64,000 nucleotides of DNA from a virus, in IMG/VR virus record IMGVR_UViG_3300042731_009106, positions 64,001-128,000 of that record; one strand, given 5' to 3'. Shown here one piece after another: positions 19,334 through 29,185 of the stretch (positions are counted from its first letter, which is position 1; every line of letters starts with the position of its first letter). The notes beneath the pieces are model-generated. The model did no database searches. It worked only from the letters and a program-made list of their open reading frames with translations, and was not told where the DNA came from. A program made the translations under genes and the position numbers.

Positions 19334-21897
19334 TGAAATCATCTTTCCTTGACAGTTTTACTAAGTATGATGACTATGCTCCAGCTGGAGTTTTACTTCC
19401 AGAAATTGAAGTAGAAAACAAATATTACAGTCAACTTTCTATTGATTCCAATAGCTCTAATTACGATTTCCTCAGAGCTTTATGCATGCAAGGAGTCAAA
19501 GCTAAAGGTATAGATAAGCTACCAAACAAAAAAGAATATTATTCTCGCACCAAAATGGAGCTAGAAATATTTAAAGATTTAGGATTTGTTGATTATATTT
19601 TATTGAATTGGGATATATTAAAATATTGCCATGAAAATGATATACCTACAGGCCCCGGTCGTGGTTCGGCTGCAGGTTCTTTAGTTTTGTTTTTAATTGA
19701 TGTCACAAAAGTAGACCCAATCAAATATGATTTATTCTTTGAGAGATTTGTTTCTAAGAGTCGAGCCAGAAAAATTGAAAAAAATGGCACCACATATTTA
19801 GACGGAAGTTTATTGGCTGACGTAGATAATGATATAGCTTATGAGCACAGGCAAAAAGTTATCGACTATATCGAACAAAAACACCCCGGTCGTACCGCCA
19901 ACATTCTCACTCTTAACACTTTAAGTGGTAAGCTATGCATTAAAGAATGCGGTAAAATCGTTGGGGAGTATTCTGAGCAAGACGTGAATTTAGTCAGCTC
20001 CTACATACCTAAAAAATTCGGCAAAGTAGCGCCGCTAGATACAGCTATCGAGGAAAGTCAAAAGTTTGCCGATTGGGTAAATGATAATGAGCGAGTTTTT
20101 AAAATTGCTAGGCAATTAGAAAGCTTAAACAAAAACACAGGTGTTCACCCATCAGGTATAGCAATCTCTCACTCAAAAATTTCAGACATTTGCCCAATCC
20201 AAAAAACAAATGATGGATCTTTTGTTACAGGTTATGACATGAATTGGGTTTCAGAATTGATGGTTAAGTTTGATATTTTAGGCTTAAGAACATTGAGTGT
20301 TATTTATGATGTATGCAATTCTATAAATATGGATGTGTATGATATTGATCTAGATGATCCATCTTTATATTCTGCTTTTGAAAATCTAGATAACCCTCAT
20401 GGATTATTTCAAATTGAAGCGGATACTAATTTTAGAGTATGCAAGAAAATTAAGCCACGCAGCTTAGAGGAGTTAAGTGCTGTTGTCGCAATAGCTAGAC
20501 CCGGAGCTCTTGAGTTTGCGGATCGCTATGCAGATTATGTATCTACAGGAGAATCTCAAAGTGTTCATGAATTCTTTGACGATGTTCTTTCTTATACAGG
20601 TGGTATACCATTATATCAAGAGCAACTTATGAAGATGGCTGTAAAAGTTGGATTCACTCTAGATGAATCAGAACAACTTCGCAGAATTGTAGGCAAGAAG
20701 AAGGTTGATCAAATGCCAGCATGGCAAAAAAAGATAGAAGACACAATTGAAAAAAACGAATTACCAACTGAAGTTGGAGACATCTTATGGAGTGTTGCAG
20801 AAGATAGTGCCAACTATTCTTTCAACAAGTCTCACTCTATATCATATGCAACCTTAGCTGCATGGACTACTTATTTAAAGTTCAAACATCCCAAACAATT
20901 CTTCTTAAGCTTGCTTAAGATGTCTCAATTTGAACCAAATCCACAAGATGAAATATCAAAAATAAGCAGAGAACTACCCTTCTTTGATATAACTCTCTTG
21001 CCCCCTAACTTAATTAAATCTAAATTTGATTTTGTTATTGATAAAAATAACATTCGCTTTGGTTTAAATAGCATCAAAGGAGTAAGCGAAAAAAGTTTAA
21101 AGTCTTTAGAGGAATTCAGAGATACAGAAAACTCAAACAAATACGATGTATTTCTATCAGCGAAGCAAGCAGGCTTAAACATAGGAGTCTTATCGGCCCT
21201 CATACAAGCTGGGGCATTGAGTGAAGACGAAGAACTTAGCAGGCCAAGACTAGTCCTAGAAGCTCAAGCCTTCAATCTTCTAACTGACAGAGAAAAACGA
21301 AACTTTATTGCCCTTGGTTCTAAATACAACTATGACATATTGAATTCTATTCATGCTGCTAAGACTGAGTCTCTAGTTGCTGATGACAACAAGCCAGTAA
21401 TGAAAGAGTCTCGATTCACTACCTTTAAAAAGAAGTATGATAAGTACAAAGAAATATATGAGCAAAATGTTAAATACGAAAACTTTGCTAATTGGTATTT
21501 TGAAAAAAAATTACTTGGGTATAGCTACTCTCACAAGCTAAAAGAAGTATTTAAGAACGAGAGAAATTCATTAAAAGATTCTTTATATTACCGCTCAATG
21601 GAGAACAATGATAAAGCTAAGTTCATTGGCGTGGTAGAGGACTCATTCAAAAGCACTAGCGCTAATGGCAACAAGTATATTAAAATTCTTTTAAGTGACG
21701 AATTAGGCAACATACCAGCAATCATGGTAGATTCACGCAGGCAAGCTACATGCACTCAATATTTAGAAAAAAGCAAAGCTCCAGACAAAGACAATATCGT
21801 TGTCCTTACAGGAAGAAAAGGTGATGATATTTTGTTTATTGATGATCTTTCTATTGTTGACGAAAAAATATGCATGAAGTTAGCAGACTTAAAATAA
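19333..21897 (+). CDS. dnaE: DNA polymerase III alpha subunit lacking PHP domain
   Basis: GPGRGSAAGSLV, DVDND, GVHPSG, KFDILGL, YQEQLM, YSFNKSHS, OB fold; start ATG 19333 (ORF track 19315). Confidence 0.95.
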   Translation: MKSSFLDSFTKYDDYAPAGVLLPEIEVENKYYSQLSIDSNSSNYDFLRALCMQGVKAKGIDKLPNKKEYYSRTKMELEIFKDLGFVDYILLNWDILKYCHENDIPTGPGRGSAAGSLVLFLIDVTKVDPIKYDLFFERFVSKSRARKIEKNGTTYLDGSLLADVDNDIAYEHRQKVIDYIEQKHPGRTANILTLNTLSGKLCIKECGKIVGEYSEQDVNLVSSYIPKKFGKVAPLDTAIEESQKFADWVNDNERVFKIARQLESLNKNTGVHPSGIAISHSKISDICPIQKTNDGSFVTGYDMNWVSELMVKFDILGLRTLSVIYDVCNSINMDVYDIDLDDPSLYSAFENLDNPHGLFQIEADTNFRVCKKIKPRSLEELSAVVAIARPGALEFADRYADYVSTGESQSVHEFFDDVLSYTGGIPLYQEQLMKMAVKVGFTLDESEQLRRIVGKKKVDQMPAWQKKIEDTIEKNELPTEVGDILWSVAEDSANYSFNKSHSISYATLAAWTTYLKFKHPKQFFLSLLKMSQFEPNPQDEISKISRELPFFDITLLPPNLIKSKFDFVIDKNNIRFGLNSIKGVSEKSLKSLEEFRDTENSNKYDVFLSAKQAGLNIGVLSALIQAGALSEDEELSRPRLVLEAQAFNLLTDREKRNFIALGSKYNYDILNSIHAAKTESLVADDNKPVMKESRFTTFKKKYDKYKEIYEQNVKYENFANWYFEKKLLGYSYSHKLKEVFKNERNSLKDSLYYRSMENNDKAKFIGVVEDSFKSTSANGNKYIKILLSDELGNIPAIMVDSRRQATCTQYLEKSKAPDKDNIVVLTGRKGDDILFIDDLSIVDEKICMKLADLK

Positions 21898-21903
21898 GTG
21901 TAT
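21898..21903 (+). promoter_or_regulatory. GTGTAW phage motif
   Basis: GTGTA ends 13 nt before ATG 21916. Confidence 0.6.
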
Positions 21904-21915
21904 ATATTTTTGTAG

Positions 21916-24309
21916 ATGCAAGCCAACTTCACTCCTAGATGTCAAGAAATTTTAGCTTTAGCTAAAAAGCTAGCCGAAAAGTTCAACAACCCAGAAGTTA
22001 CCGTTGAGCATGTCTTTCTTTCTTTTTTAAAGATTGACTCTTTTTTATTTCCACGTATAGAGCAAGAGATACAAATTGATCTTGAAGCTTTAGTTCAGTC
22101 CGTCGTCGAATCTCTCGCCAACAAATCCCAAGAAAATATAGAAAAAGTTAGCTTCGGTGAAGATGTAAAGCAATGCCTAGACTTAGCCTACCAAACATCT
22201 AACTCCAAAAGCCATACTTACATTAGTGTCGAGCACTTGTTTTTTGCATTACTAAATGAGCCAAACTCTAATATTATAGATTATTTCATTGCGCATGACA
22301 TAGATATTTTAAAGGTAGATGATTTCTTACAAGATTACTTAGAGAACAGTCAGTCAAGAGACAATATAACATTTACTTATAGTAATGAAAATCCTATGTC
22401 AGCTTTTGGATCGCAGTCTCAAGGTATAGAGGCTTATAGTGTTGACTTAAATAAGTTAGCTAAAGAAGGTGAATTCAACTTTATATCCGCAAACATGGAT
22501 TATGTCCATGCTTTAGAAGAAACCTTATGCCGTAAAACAAAATCATGCGCCTTACTTATTGGTGATCCGGGTATTGGTAAAACTGCCATTGTGGAATACT
22601 TGGCAAAAAGAATTACAAGTATGACCACCAATGACTATTTATCTAATAAAAAAATTCTAGCGGTAGACCTTCCCTCTATGGTTGCTGGAACAAAATATAG
22701 AGGTCAATTTGAAGAAAGATTAAAAACTTTTATAGATGCAGTAAAACAAGAAAAAAACATTATTCTTTTTATAGATGAAATACATACTATAGTTGGTGCT
22801 GGTAATTCTGAGGGAGCTTTAGATGCGGCTAACATCCTAAAACCTTATATTGCACGTGGAGAATTAACTTGCATCGGGGCAACAACTTATGAAGAATACA
22901 AAAAGTCTTTTGCCAAAGACCCTGCTCTTAGACGTAGGTTTAATAATATAAAAATTTCAGAACCTTCAGAAGGAGAAGCTTTAGTTATCTTAAAAAACTT
23001 AGCGCCAAGTTATGAAGCTTTTCATGGTGTCACCTATTCTGAAGATAGCTTAAATCAAGCCATTGTTTTATCTAAAAAATTTATTATAGATAGAAAGTTG
23101 CCTGATAAAGCTATTGATTTATTAGATCAAGCTGGCTCAAAATTAAAGATCAGTCATTTTCAAAAGCCTAAAATGGCAAAGCAAATGGAAAAAGTTTTAA
23201 TTGCTGAAGATGTAGAAACTTCAATAAAAGAGAACGTATTCAAAACATACAAAGAAACTTTAGATAAATGGCAAAAAAGAAAACTATCTAAAATGCCGAC
23301 AGTTCAATCAAATCATATTAATGAAATTATATCTGATATGTTTGACATCCCTATTGAATCCCTAAAAGAGACTAAGTCTCAAAAATTAATACAGCTTGAA
23401 CCCAGAATTCAAAAAGATGTTATTGGTCAAGATAGAGCCATCTCTAGATTAGTTAACAGTTTATTTAAAACTCATGCAGGCCTACAAGATCCTAATAGAC
23501 CTATTGGTAGTTTTTTGTTTTTAGGTAAAACTGGCACAGGTAAAACTCTTACTTCTAAATCTTTAGCTAAACATTATTTCGGTTCAGATAAAAAATTAAT
23601 TTATTTTGACATGAGTGAGTTTAGTGAATCTACATCTGTTAGTAAATTTTCTGGTTCTTCACCCGGTTACGTTGGCTACGAAAAAGGCGGCATACTAACC
23701 GAGAAAGTTAAAAGAGATCCACATTGTGTTCTACTTTTTGATGAGATTGAAAAAGCTCACCCAATAGTACTACAGTCCTTACTTCAAATATTAGAAGAAG
23801 GCAGAATGACAGACAATTCTGGAGAAGAAACATCTTTTAAAAATACTATTATTATTTTAACAAGTAATCTTGGAGCAGAACTAGTAGACAAAAATCCATC
23901 TGTAGGATTCATGAGGCAACAAGAGTCTAATTATGACAAGATTTTTGACGAGGCTAAACGTAGATTAAGTCCTGAACTAGTTAATAGATTTGATGGTATT
24001 ATATTATTCAATAACTTTAGTGATGAAAGTCTATCTCAAATCATTAATATTGAATTAAATAAAGTTAAAAATAAATTAAAATCAAAAGGAATTAAAATAA
24101 CTTTCAAACCGAAAGTTAAGAAACGTATTCTAGATCAAACTATAGCTGAAAAACTTGGTGGCAGACCTATTCGCAGAATTATTCAAAATGATATTGAAGT
24201 TGAGCTTGCTAAATTTATTATAATGAATAACCCAGAAAGTGTAAATATTGATTACATAGACGATCAATTTACCTGCCATGTACCACGCAAGACATCCAAG
24301 AAGACCTAG
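21916..24309 (+). CDS. clpC: ClpC/ClpA-type AAA+ unfoldase
   Basis: Two Clp_N repeats, GDPGIGKT, FIDEIH, GKTGTGKT, PPG-like SPGYVGY, FDEIEKAHP, VGF ClpP-docking loop. Confidence 0.9.
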   Translation: MQANFTPRCQEILALAKKLAEKFNNPEVTVEHVFLSFLKIDSFLFPRIEQEIQIDLEALVQSVVESLANKSQENIEKVSFGEDVKQCLDLAYQTSNSKSHTYISVEHLFFALLNEPNSNIIDYFIAHDIDILKVDDFLQDYLENSQSRDNITFTYSNENPMSAFGSQSQGIEAYSVDLNKLAKEGEFNFISANMDYVHALEETLCRKTKSCALLIGDPGIGKTAIVEYLAKRITSMTTNDYLSNKKILAVDLPSMVAGTKYRGQFEERLKTFIDAVKQEKNIILFIDEIHTIVGAGNSEGALDAANILKPYIARGELTCIGATTYEEYKKSFAKDPALRRRFNNIKISEPSEGEALVILKNLAPSYEAFHGVTYSEDSLNQAIVLSKKFIIDRKLPDKAIDLLDQAGSKLKISHFQKPKMAKQMEKVLIAEDVETSIKENVFKTYKETLDKWQKRKLSKMPTVQSNHINEIISDMFDIPIESLKETKSQKLIQLEPRIQKDVIGQDRAISRLVNSLFKTHAGLQDPNRPIGSFLFLGKTGTGKTLTSKSLAKHYFGSDKKLIYFDMSEFSESTSVSKFSGSSPGYVGYEKGGILTEKVKRDPHCVLLFDEIEKAHPIVLQSLLQILEEGRMTDNSGEETSFKNTIIILTSNLGAELVDKNPSVGFMRQQESNYDKIFDEAKRRLSPELVNRFDGIILFNNFSDESLSQIINIELNKVKNKLKSKGIKITFKPKVKKRILDQTIAEKLGGRPIRRIIQNDIEVELAKFIIMNNPESVNIDYIDDQFTCHVPRKTSKKT

Positions 24310-25612
24310 TGTAAAATACGGAAACGAATTTCTGTATTCTAGTTTTGATGCAACAGGTTACCACTTTAATAATGAAGTGGCAATAGATAGTGGTTGCGCT
24401 CTAAGGAACATCCCTTGGACAGATTGTTCTGGCAACTTAGTTCGGCAAATACATAGAATTCAATCTGCTACATACGGTTTTACTGTCAGCAAAAAAGATG
24501 TAAACCAATTTGGTAAAATGGCTAGAGTAGATTCTGTAGCTATTGATACACCTACTGTAACAATGGATTTTGAATATTTTCTAGCTGATGGATTCAATGA
24601 GCAAGTAATGGGTTTCATTGTTGATGGAGAACATCAAGCTTTATACAACCATATAGCTATGAACAATAGAGTTGGTTGTAATATTTTTGTTGCAACTATG
24701 CCAGAAGGCCATGAAGTTGTCGGCGCGAACCTTAAGAACACATCTCAAGTCAAACAGATTAGATCTTCATATGAAGGAGCCAAGGATACTGCTAGAGTAG
24801 TAGGCATAGGTAATGCCTTCTTAAATCAATATGCAGTAACTGTAGAAGTGGGTAATATCCCAAAGGCTAGAATGAGCTTTGACGCATATAATATGCGATC
24901 TTATGAAGGTTTTTGCGATCTCCCTATACCAGCAATCAACCCTAAAGCTGCTTGCATTAAAGACAACGTTCACTTTAGTTTGCCAGACACTTATGAATCA
25001 TTTGTATATGAACAATTGGCGGGTCAAGACGAAATTGTATATCAAGATGGAGCTGGAGCATTGAAGCCGGGAAATATACGTTTAACTCTAGGTGATGCAG
25101 CTATTATGAGCCAATTAGGTAGTGACCTAGCCTCCTTCCACAGAGGGGCGGCACATATACAAGGTTTTACAATAAATGTTCCTTTAGGTAATACCCGCTT
25201 AAATAGAATAGGTAGTTATTATGAATTTGCTAGATCTATAGATTTTCCAAGTCTCATTGAAGTTGAAGTTCAAGCCATCATTAGCGAACTCAAAGATGAT
25301 AGTTCAGTAAAGGAGTTGTTTTATTGTCCAACAGAAAGACATGACCTCGTTCTATTACTTGAAGACTGTCAAGGTATACAAGAATGCGACTATAGATTGC
25401 TTCCAGTTAGTACCAACATGGCTTTTTATATTAAAGGAGCGATGATTCAAGAAGAGTCAATAACTTCTAATATTACCGATAATAAAGTAGTGAGCCTTAA
25501 ATTTACAGCTCCTTTAGGAGGTTTGGACGACAAAGGTAATGGCTTATTTATTTTTGGCAAAAGTTATTTCCCTGATAAACCTAAAATTCTAGCTTGGGGT
25601 CAACCTTTGTAA
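24278..25612 (+). CDS. Hypothetical protein, possibly virion structural (tail-tube-like)
   Basis: 444 aa, beta-rich character; HRIQSATYGF-DVNQFG-PTV segment recalls phage structural proteins (weak, from memory). Confidence 0.4.
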   Translation: MYHARHPRRPSVKYGNEFLYSSFDATGYHFNNEVAIDSGCALRNIPWTDCSGNLVRQIHRIQSATYGFTVSKKDVNQFGKMARVDSVAIDTPTVTMDFEYFLADGFNEQVMGFIVDGEHQALYNHIAMNNRVGCNIFVATMPEGHEVVGANLKNTSQVKQIRSSYEGAKDTARVVGIGNAFLNQYAVTVEVGNIPKARMSFDAYNMRSYEGFCDLPIPAINPKAACIKDNVHFSLPDTYESFVYEQLAGQDEIVYQDGAGALKPGNIRLTLGDAAIMSQLGSDLASFHRGAAHIQGFTINVPLGNTRLNRIGSYYEFARSIDFPSLIEVEVQAIISELKDDSSVKELFYCPTERHDLVLLLEDCQGIQECDYRLLPVSTNMAFYIKGAMIQEESITSNITDNKVVSLKFTAPLGGLDDKGNGLFIFGKSYFPDKPKILAWGQPL

Positions 25613-25620
25613 TTTTTTTC

Positions 25621-25649
25621 TTTACATCCATTCACTTTTGTTGTAATAT
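25621..25649 (+). promoter_or_regulatory. Sigma70-like promoter for tmRNA
   Basis: TTTACA-17-TAATAT 26 nt upstream of tmRNA 5' end. Confidence 0.55.
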
Positions 25650-25674
25650 ATATAAGTTCTTTGATAAATTTTAT

Positions 25675-26038
25675 GGGCGTGTACTGGATTCGATTTAAAT
25701 TGAATGGGTATACTGCAAGTAGGAGTTGCATCTGGCTCCTAAAAAAGGTGCAAAAATCTACATGGCAATAAGTCACGTGTTAAAGCTTTCGCCTTCAAAA
25801 AGCGCGAGCTTGCTTTAGCAGCATAAGTCTGCTACCTCATAACCTTTGACGCAGATAAAGGGATTATGGGGTCATTAATCTGCAAAACAGATAAAAGTTT
25901 ATCCATATCATAAACTGTAAATAATTGAAATGGTTAGTTGGATGTTTATATCATAACTATAAAAAAAATAAACTAAACTTGTAGATGTATATTACGGAAG
26001 ATTTAAAGACGCGGGTTCAACTCCCGCCACGTCCACCA
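25675..26038 (+). ncRNA. ssrA: tmRNA (364 nt)
   Basis: Acceptor stem GGGCGTG/CACGTCC-ACCA with G3.U70, 5' TGGATTCGA loop, T-arm GCGGG-TTCAACT-CCCGC, tag ORF 25764..25826 ending LALAA-TAA. Confidence 0.95.
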
Positions 26039-26053
26039 TTTTTAAAATAAAAC

Positions 26054-26082
26054 TTGACTATATGCAAAATATATGTCATACT
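26054..26082 (+). promoter_or_regulatory. Sigma70-like promoter
   Basis: TTGACT-17-CATACT; implies the start of the next gene is ATG 26091, not 26073. Confidence 0.65.
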
Positions 26083-26090
26083 TAACAATT

Positions 26091-26627
26091 ATGAATCTTT
26101 TATACAAAACAAAAACCTATCTAGTTGGCCACATGCAATATGTTAGTGGTAGAAATTGGCGTGAAGATGTCACTCAAAAGCTAGAACCTTTAAACATTAC
26201 ATGTTTTGATCCATATAAAAAACCATTTATGAAAGACGTAGAGGAAGATGAAGCGTCTCGACAAGAAATGGAAACTTGGATGAAAACAAAACAATATGAT
26301 CGAGTAACTGAGCGCATGAAAACTGTTCGCGCATATGATTTAAATTTAGTTGATCGCTCTGACTTCATCATAGCTCATCTTGTTCCTGATGTAGCATCTT
26401 GGGGTAGTGCAGAAGAAATTGTTACAGCCGTACGTGAAAAGAAACCTGTGTTTGTTAGCATGGAAGGCGGAAAAGCTAAAACTCCTCTATGGATGCTTGG
26501 CATGTTTCCTCATAAATATATTTATAATTCTCTTGACGAAATTATTGAGATGTTGTATGCTATAGATAGTGGCGACAAACCAATAGATTCTGATCGCTGG
26601 AGATTGTTACAAAAAAAATTCAGATAA
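26091..26627 (+). CDS. Nucleoside 2-deoxyribosyltransferase-like / nucleotide N-glycosidase
   Basis: TYLVGHM, WREDV, FDPY, DLNLVDRSDFIIA, GSAEE. Confidence 0.75.
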   Translation: MNLLYKTKTYLVGHMQYVSGRNWREDVTQKLEPLNITCFDPYKKPFMKDVEEDEASRQEMETWMKTKQYDRVTERMKTVRAYDLNLVDRSDFIIAHLVPDVASWGSAEEIVTAVREKKPVFVSMEGGKAKTPLWMLGMFPHKYIYNSLDEIIEMLYAIDSGDKPIDSDRWRLLQKKFR

Positions 26628-26655
26628 ACTAGAAAAACTAAAATTAAAAATTATT

Positions 26656-26727
26656 ATGATTACATTTACATTATATTCAATCGGAGCATTCTGCGTATAC
26701 TTATATTTAGGAACTAAACAAAAATAA
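26656..26727 (+). CDS. Tiny membrane peptide (23 aa)
   Basis: MITFTLYSIGAFCVYLYLGTKQK; stop is 1 nt from next ATG. Confidence 0.5.
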   Translation: MITFTLYSIGAFCVYLYLGTKQK

Positions 26728-26728
26728 A

Positions 26729-27022
26729 ATGACAACTCAATCTAATATTCCACCTCACATATCTGGTTTATTTTACCAACTTCTTGGAGAACGTAATACC
26801 AAAGTCGCAGACTTTAAGCTTTTAACCTTAAAAGGTTGTGATGATGTCATGTCAACTTCAATTCGACTAAAGGAAACCTTGCAAGACATTGCAAACATAG
26901 AAATTCAATTAGAAGCTTTGGTGGAATTCTATCCAGATCTTAATGAAAAAGGGGATCAATCAACTCCAAGCTCAGTAAATCCGGATGACAATCCAATTGG
27001 AGCTGACTCACAAATGCTTTAA
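26729..27022 (+). CDS. Hypothetical protein
   Basis: 97 aa ORF. Confidence 0.65.
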   Translation: MTTQSNIPPHISGLFYQLLGERNTKVADFKLLTLKGCDDVMSTSIRLKETLQDIANIEIQLEALVEFYPDLNEKGDQSTPSSVNPDDNPIGADSQML

Positions 27023-27310
27023 TTTATTAATTAAATCTCCGTAATTATATTCGTTTATATATTGAAAACCAATTCTCTTTTTTGGTCCAACACTGACTCC
27101 TTCTTGCCTTTCTCCCTCTAGGATTAATTCTTGAACAAAGTCGTGAGCGCCATAATTTTTAATCCACTGCCAATATAAACTACGAGTTCCCTGTTTACAT
27201 CTTATTATATTTTCTGCTTCAAGAAAAACTTGAGCATACAAAGTTACATCTCTAAAACAATGTACTGAGCTAGGTGGTTCAGTCAACACCGAATCATAAA
27301 TTATAACCAT
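27008..27310 (-). CDS. Hypothetical protein
   Basis: 100 aa ORF preceded by GTGTA motif. Confidence 0.7.
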   Translation of the reverse strand: MVIIYDSVLTEPPSSVHCFRDVTLYAQVFLEAENIIRCKQGTRSLYWQWIKNYGAHDFVQELILEGERQEGVSVGPKKRIGFQYINEYNYGDLINKLKHL

Positions 27311-27318
27311 AAATTATT

Positions 27319-27324
27319 ATACAC
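27319..27324 (-). promoter_or_regulatory. GTGTAW phage motif
   Basis: TACAC at 27320..27324, 9 nt from ATG 27310. Confidence 0.65.
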
Positions 27325-27327
27325 ATT

Positions 27328-27606
27328 ATGTTAGAAGACAATCAAAAAGAAAAAGTTAACTCTTGGAAAGAACGTGAATTAGGAGCCTTCTGGACTCAGG
27401 ATAGCAAAAAAGGTAAGTATTTATCTGGCTCGGTTGACTTGGCCAAGCTTACAGGTGATGGCAAAATGCGCGTGGTCATGTTTCCAAATAGCAACAAAGA
27501 AAATGACAATCAGCCTGACTATATTTTATATGTTTCAAAGGATGCTCAGCCTCAAGCTAGCAATGGTGAAACAAAAAAAGCAGAAATTCCAGAAACTTTA
27601 GTGTAA
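27328..27606 (+). CDS. DUF736-like putative ssDNA-binding protein
   Basis: ELGAFW-KGKYLSG-VMFPN-NQPDY. Confidence 0.6.
   Translation: MLEDNQKEKVNSWKERELGAFWTQDSKKGKYLSGSVDLAKLTGDGKMRVVMFPNSNKENDNQPDYILYVSKDAQPQASNGETKKAEIPETLV
27601..27606 (+). promoter_or_regulatory. GTGTAW phage motif
   Basis: GTGTA ends 13 nt before ATG 27619; doubles as upstream stop (GTG TAA). Confidence 0.55.
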
Positions 27607-27618
27607 TTTAATGCACAA

Positions 27619-28731
27619 ATGAATGTTCAATACGGATTAATTAGTACCTCAGAACTCCTTAAAGAGAGGGATCCAGATAGTTCTTATACCTTTTCAGGTA
27701 TAACTGTCAGAAATTTTAACGCCGCCAAAGAAAGCTCAGGAATCGAAGGAGCTTTATCTGAACTCTCTAATCGTATTCATCATAATTTGCGATTAACCGA
27801 AAATATCATTGAGTTCTTACCGAAAGTTAAAATCACTCATTACCGTATTAGTAATTCTTTGTTCAGTATACTTTCAGATTTCTCGGATGGTGTTGCTGTT
27901 ACAATTCAGGATCTCCCTGACTCTCAAGAAATTATTGCTAAAATACGAGAAATAGGATTTCTTGCTAGACAAAACAATATCACATTATCTGTCTATCCAG
28001 ATTCAACTACTAGTTTGACAAGCACTGACGAGCAAGCTATCGACAGAGCTGTTAAAGAACTTAATTTTCATAGCTGGTTTCTTGATACTGCTGGATTTCC
28101 CTCAAATCCATCTAGCCCAATTATCATAAAGCCTTTTGCGCAACCTAGCTCTAGTAGTCATGAAGCAGCAGTTGAGTTTGTAAAAAGTTTTTACGAAAGC
28201 TATAAAAAACTTGATAGAGAAACTCAAAGTAGAATAGTAATACAGAATGAAGATGAAGGTTTTTGGAATGCGATTAATTTATTTAAATATTTTCATGTTT
28301 ATTTAAACGAAAAATTCAAAGAAGGCATGGTATTAAGTTACCACAACTATGCCGATCAAATGAATCCGGGCATGTTGGGTTCTGATGCCGTTTCGATTGA
28401 TGTTAATGTTGGAGCTTTTCATGAAACTTGGAAAGGTGTTGTGCCGATTTTCTTATGGTCAGAAAAAGATCGTGGGAATCCACAAGTTTCATCAGAATAT
28501 CTATCTGAACCAATTCCAGATTTTAATTATCAAATTAAATGGGAATGCGATGTGAGAAAAAGGGATAAGGCTATTGTTAAATTTACAATGCCTGAGGACG
28601 AAGATAAAGTTACTGAAGAAGTCATAATGACTATAACTAAAAATAAATACAAAAGGTCTAGCGACGCATCAAAAGCCTTTAATGCACTATATGACAAATC
28701 CTCCAATGCCCAATCGCCAAACCAAATATAA
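27619..28731 (+). CDS. UvsE/UVDE-fold protein, catalytic residues degenerate
   Basis: HYRISNSLF, ITLSVYPD, RAVKELNFHSWFLD, RIVIQNED follow the UvsE layout. Confidence 0.65.
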   Translation: MNVQYGLISTSELLKERDPDSSYTFSGITVRNFNAAKESSGIEGALSELSNRIHHNLRLTENIIEFLPKVKITHYRISNSLFSILSDFSDGVAVTIQDLPDSQEIIAKIREIGFLARQNNITLSVYPDSTTSLTSTDEQAIDRAVKELNFHSWFLDTAGFPSNPSSPIIIKPFAQPSSSSHEAAVEFVKSFYESYKKLDRETQSRIVIQNEDEGFWNAINLFKYFHVYLNEKFKEGMVLSYHNYADQMNPGMLGSDAVSIDVNVGAFHETWKGVVPIFLWSEKDRGNPQVSSEYLSEPIPDFNYQIKWECDVRKRDKAIVKFTMPEDEDKVTEEVIMTITKNKYKRSSDASKAFNALYDKSSNAQSPNQI

Positions 28732-29185
28732 AACTCTATTTTCAGAATTAGCTGAATCCAAAGGTTACAAGATTCTTGAGCCTAGTTTTTCTGAAAAGAA
28801 GGCTAATATAGATTTAAAACTCGAAGGTCATATTGGTGGCAAAAAAACAATTGTTTCCATCGACATTAAAAAAAGTAACCAACACTCAAATCAATGGGTC
28901 TACATAGAATTTGACAATTCCAAAGGCGGTAAAGGATGGATTTATGGAAAATGTCAATTTGTTGTTTTTGAAACAAAGAAAAGCTTTATTTTTGTTCCAC
29001 GAAAAAAACTTCTCACTTGGTTAACTTCCTCTCAAACTATTCGTTTTGACTTGCCTTATGTTGATAAGCCTTGGAATTCTAAATATAGATTATTTCGCAG
29101 AAAAAATACACTTGAAACTATCACGCAAATTAAAGTAAGTGACTTACTAAGCATCGAGGGTCATCAAGTATGGCAGAAGCTTTAA
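28682..29185 (+). CDS. PD-(D/E)XK nuclease-like protein
   Basis: IDLKL-SIDIKK-WVYIEF-GKGWIYG. Confidence 0.6.
   Translation: MHYMTNPPMPNRQTKYKTLFSELAESKGYKILEPSFSEKKANIDLKLEGHIGGKKTIVSIDIKKSNQHSNQWVYIEFDNSKGGKGWIYGKCQFVVFETKKSFIFVPRKKLLTWLTSSQTIRFDLPYVDKPWNSKYRLFRRKNTLETITQIKVSDLLSIEGHQVWQKL

Noticed and set aside
1623-24309. Inteins or introns in recA, dnaB, dnaE, clpC
   Set aside because: Lengths and motif spacing are normal; no C/S...HN splice motifs or breaks seen
25762-25818. Alternative tmRNA frame ATG-GCA-ATA (MAISHVLKLSPSKSASLL)
   Set aside because: Does not end in a degron; the GGC frame gives the canonical LALAA-stop
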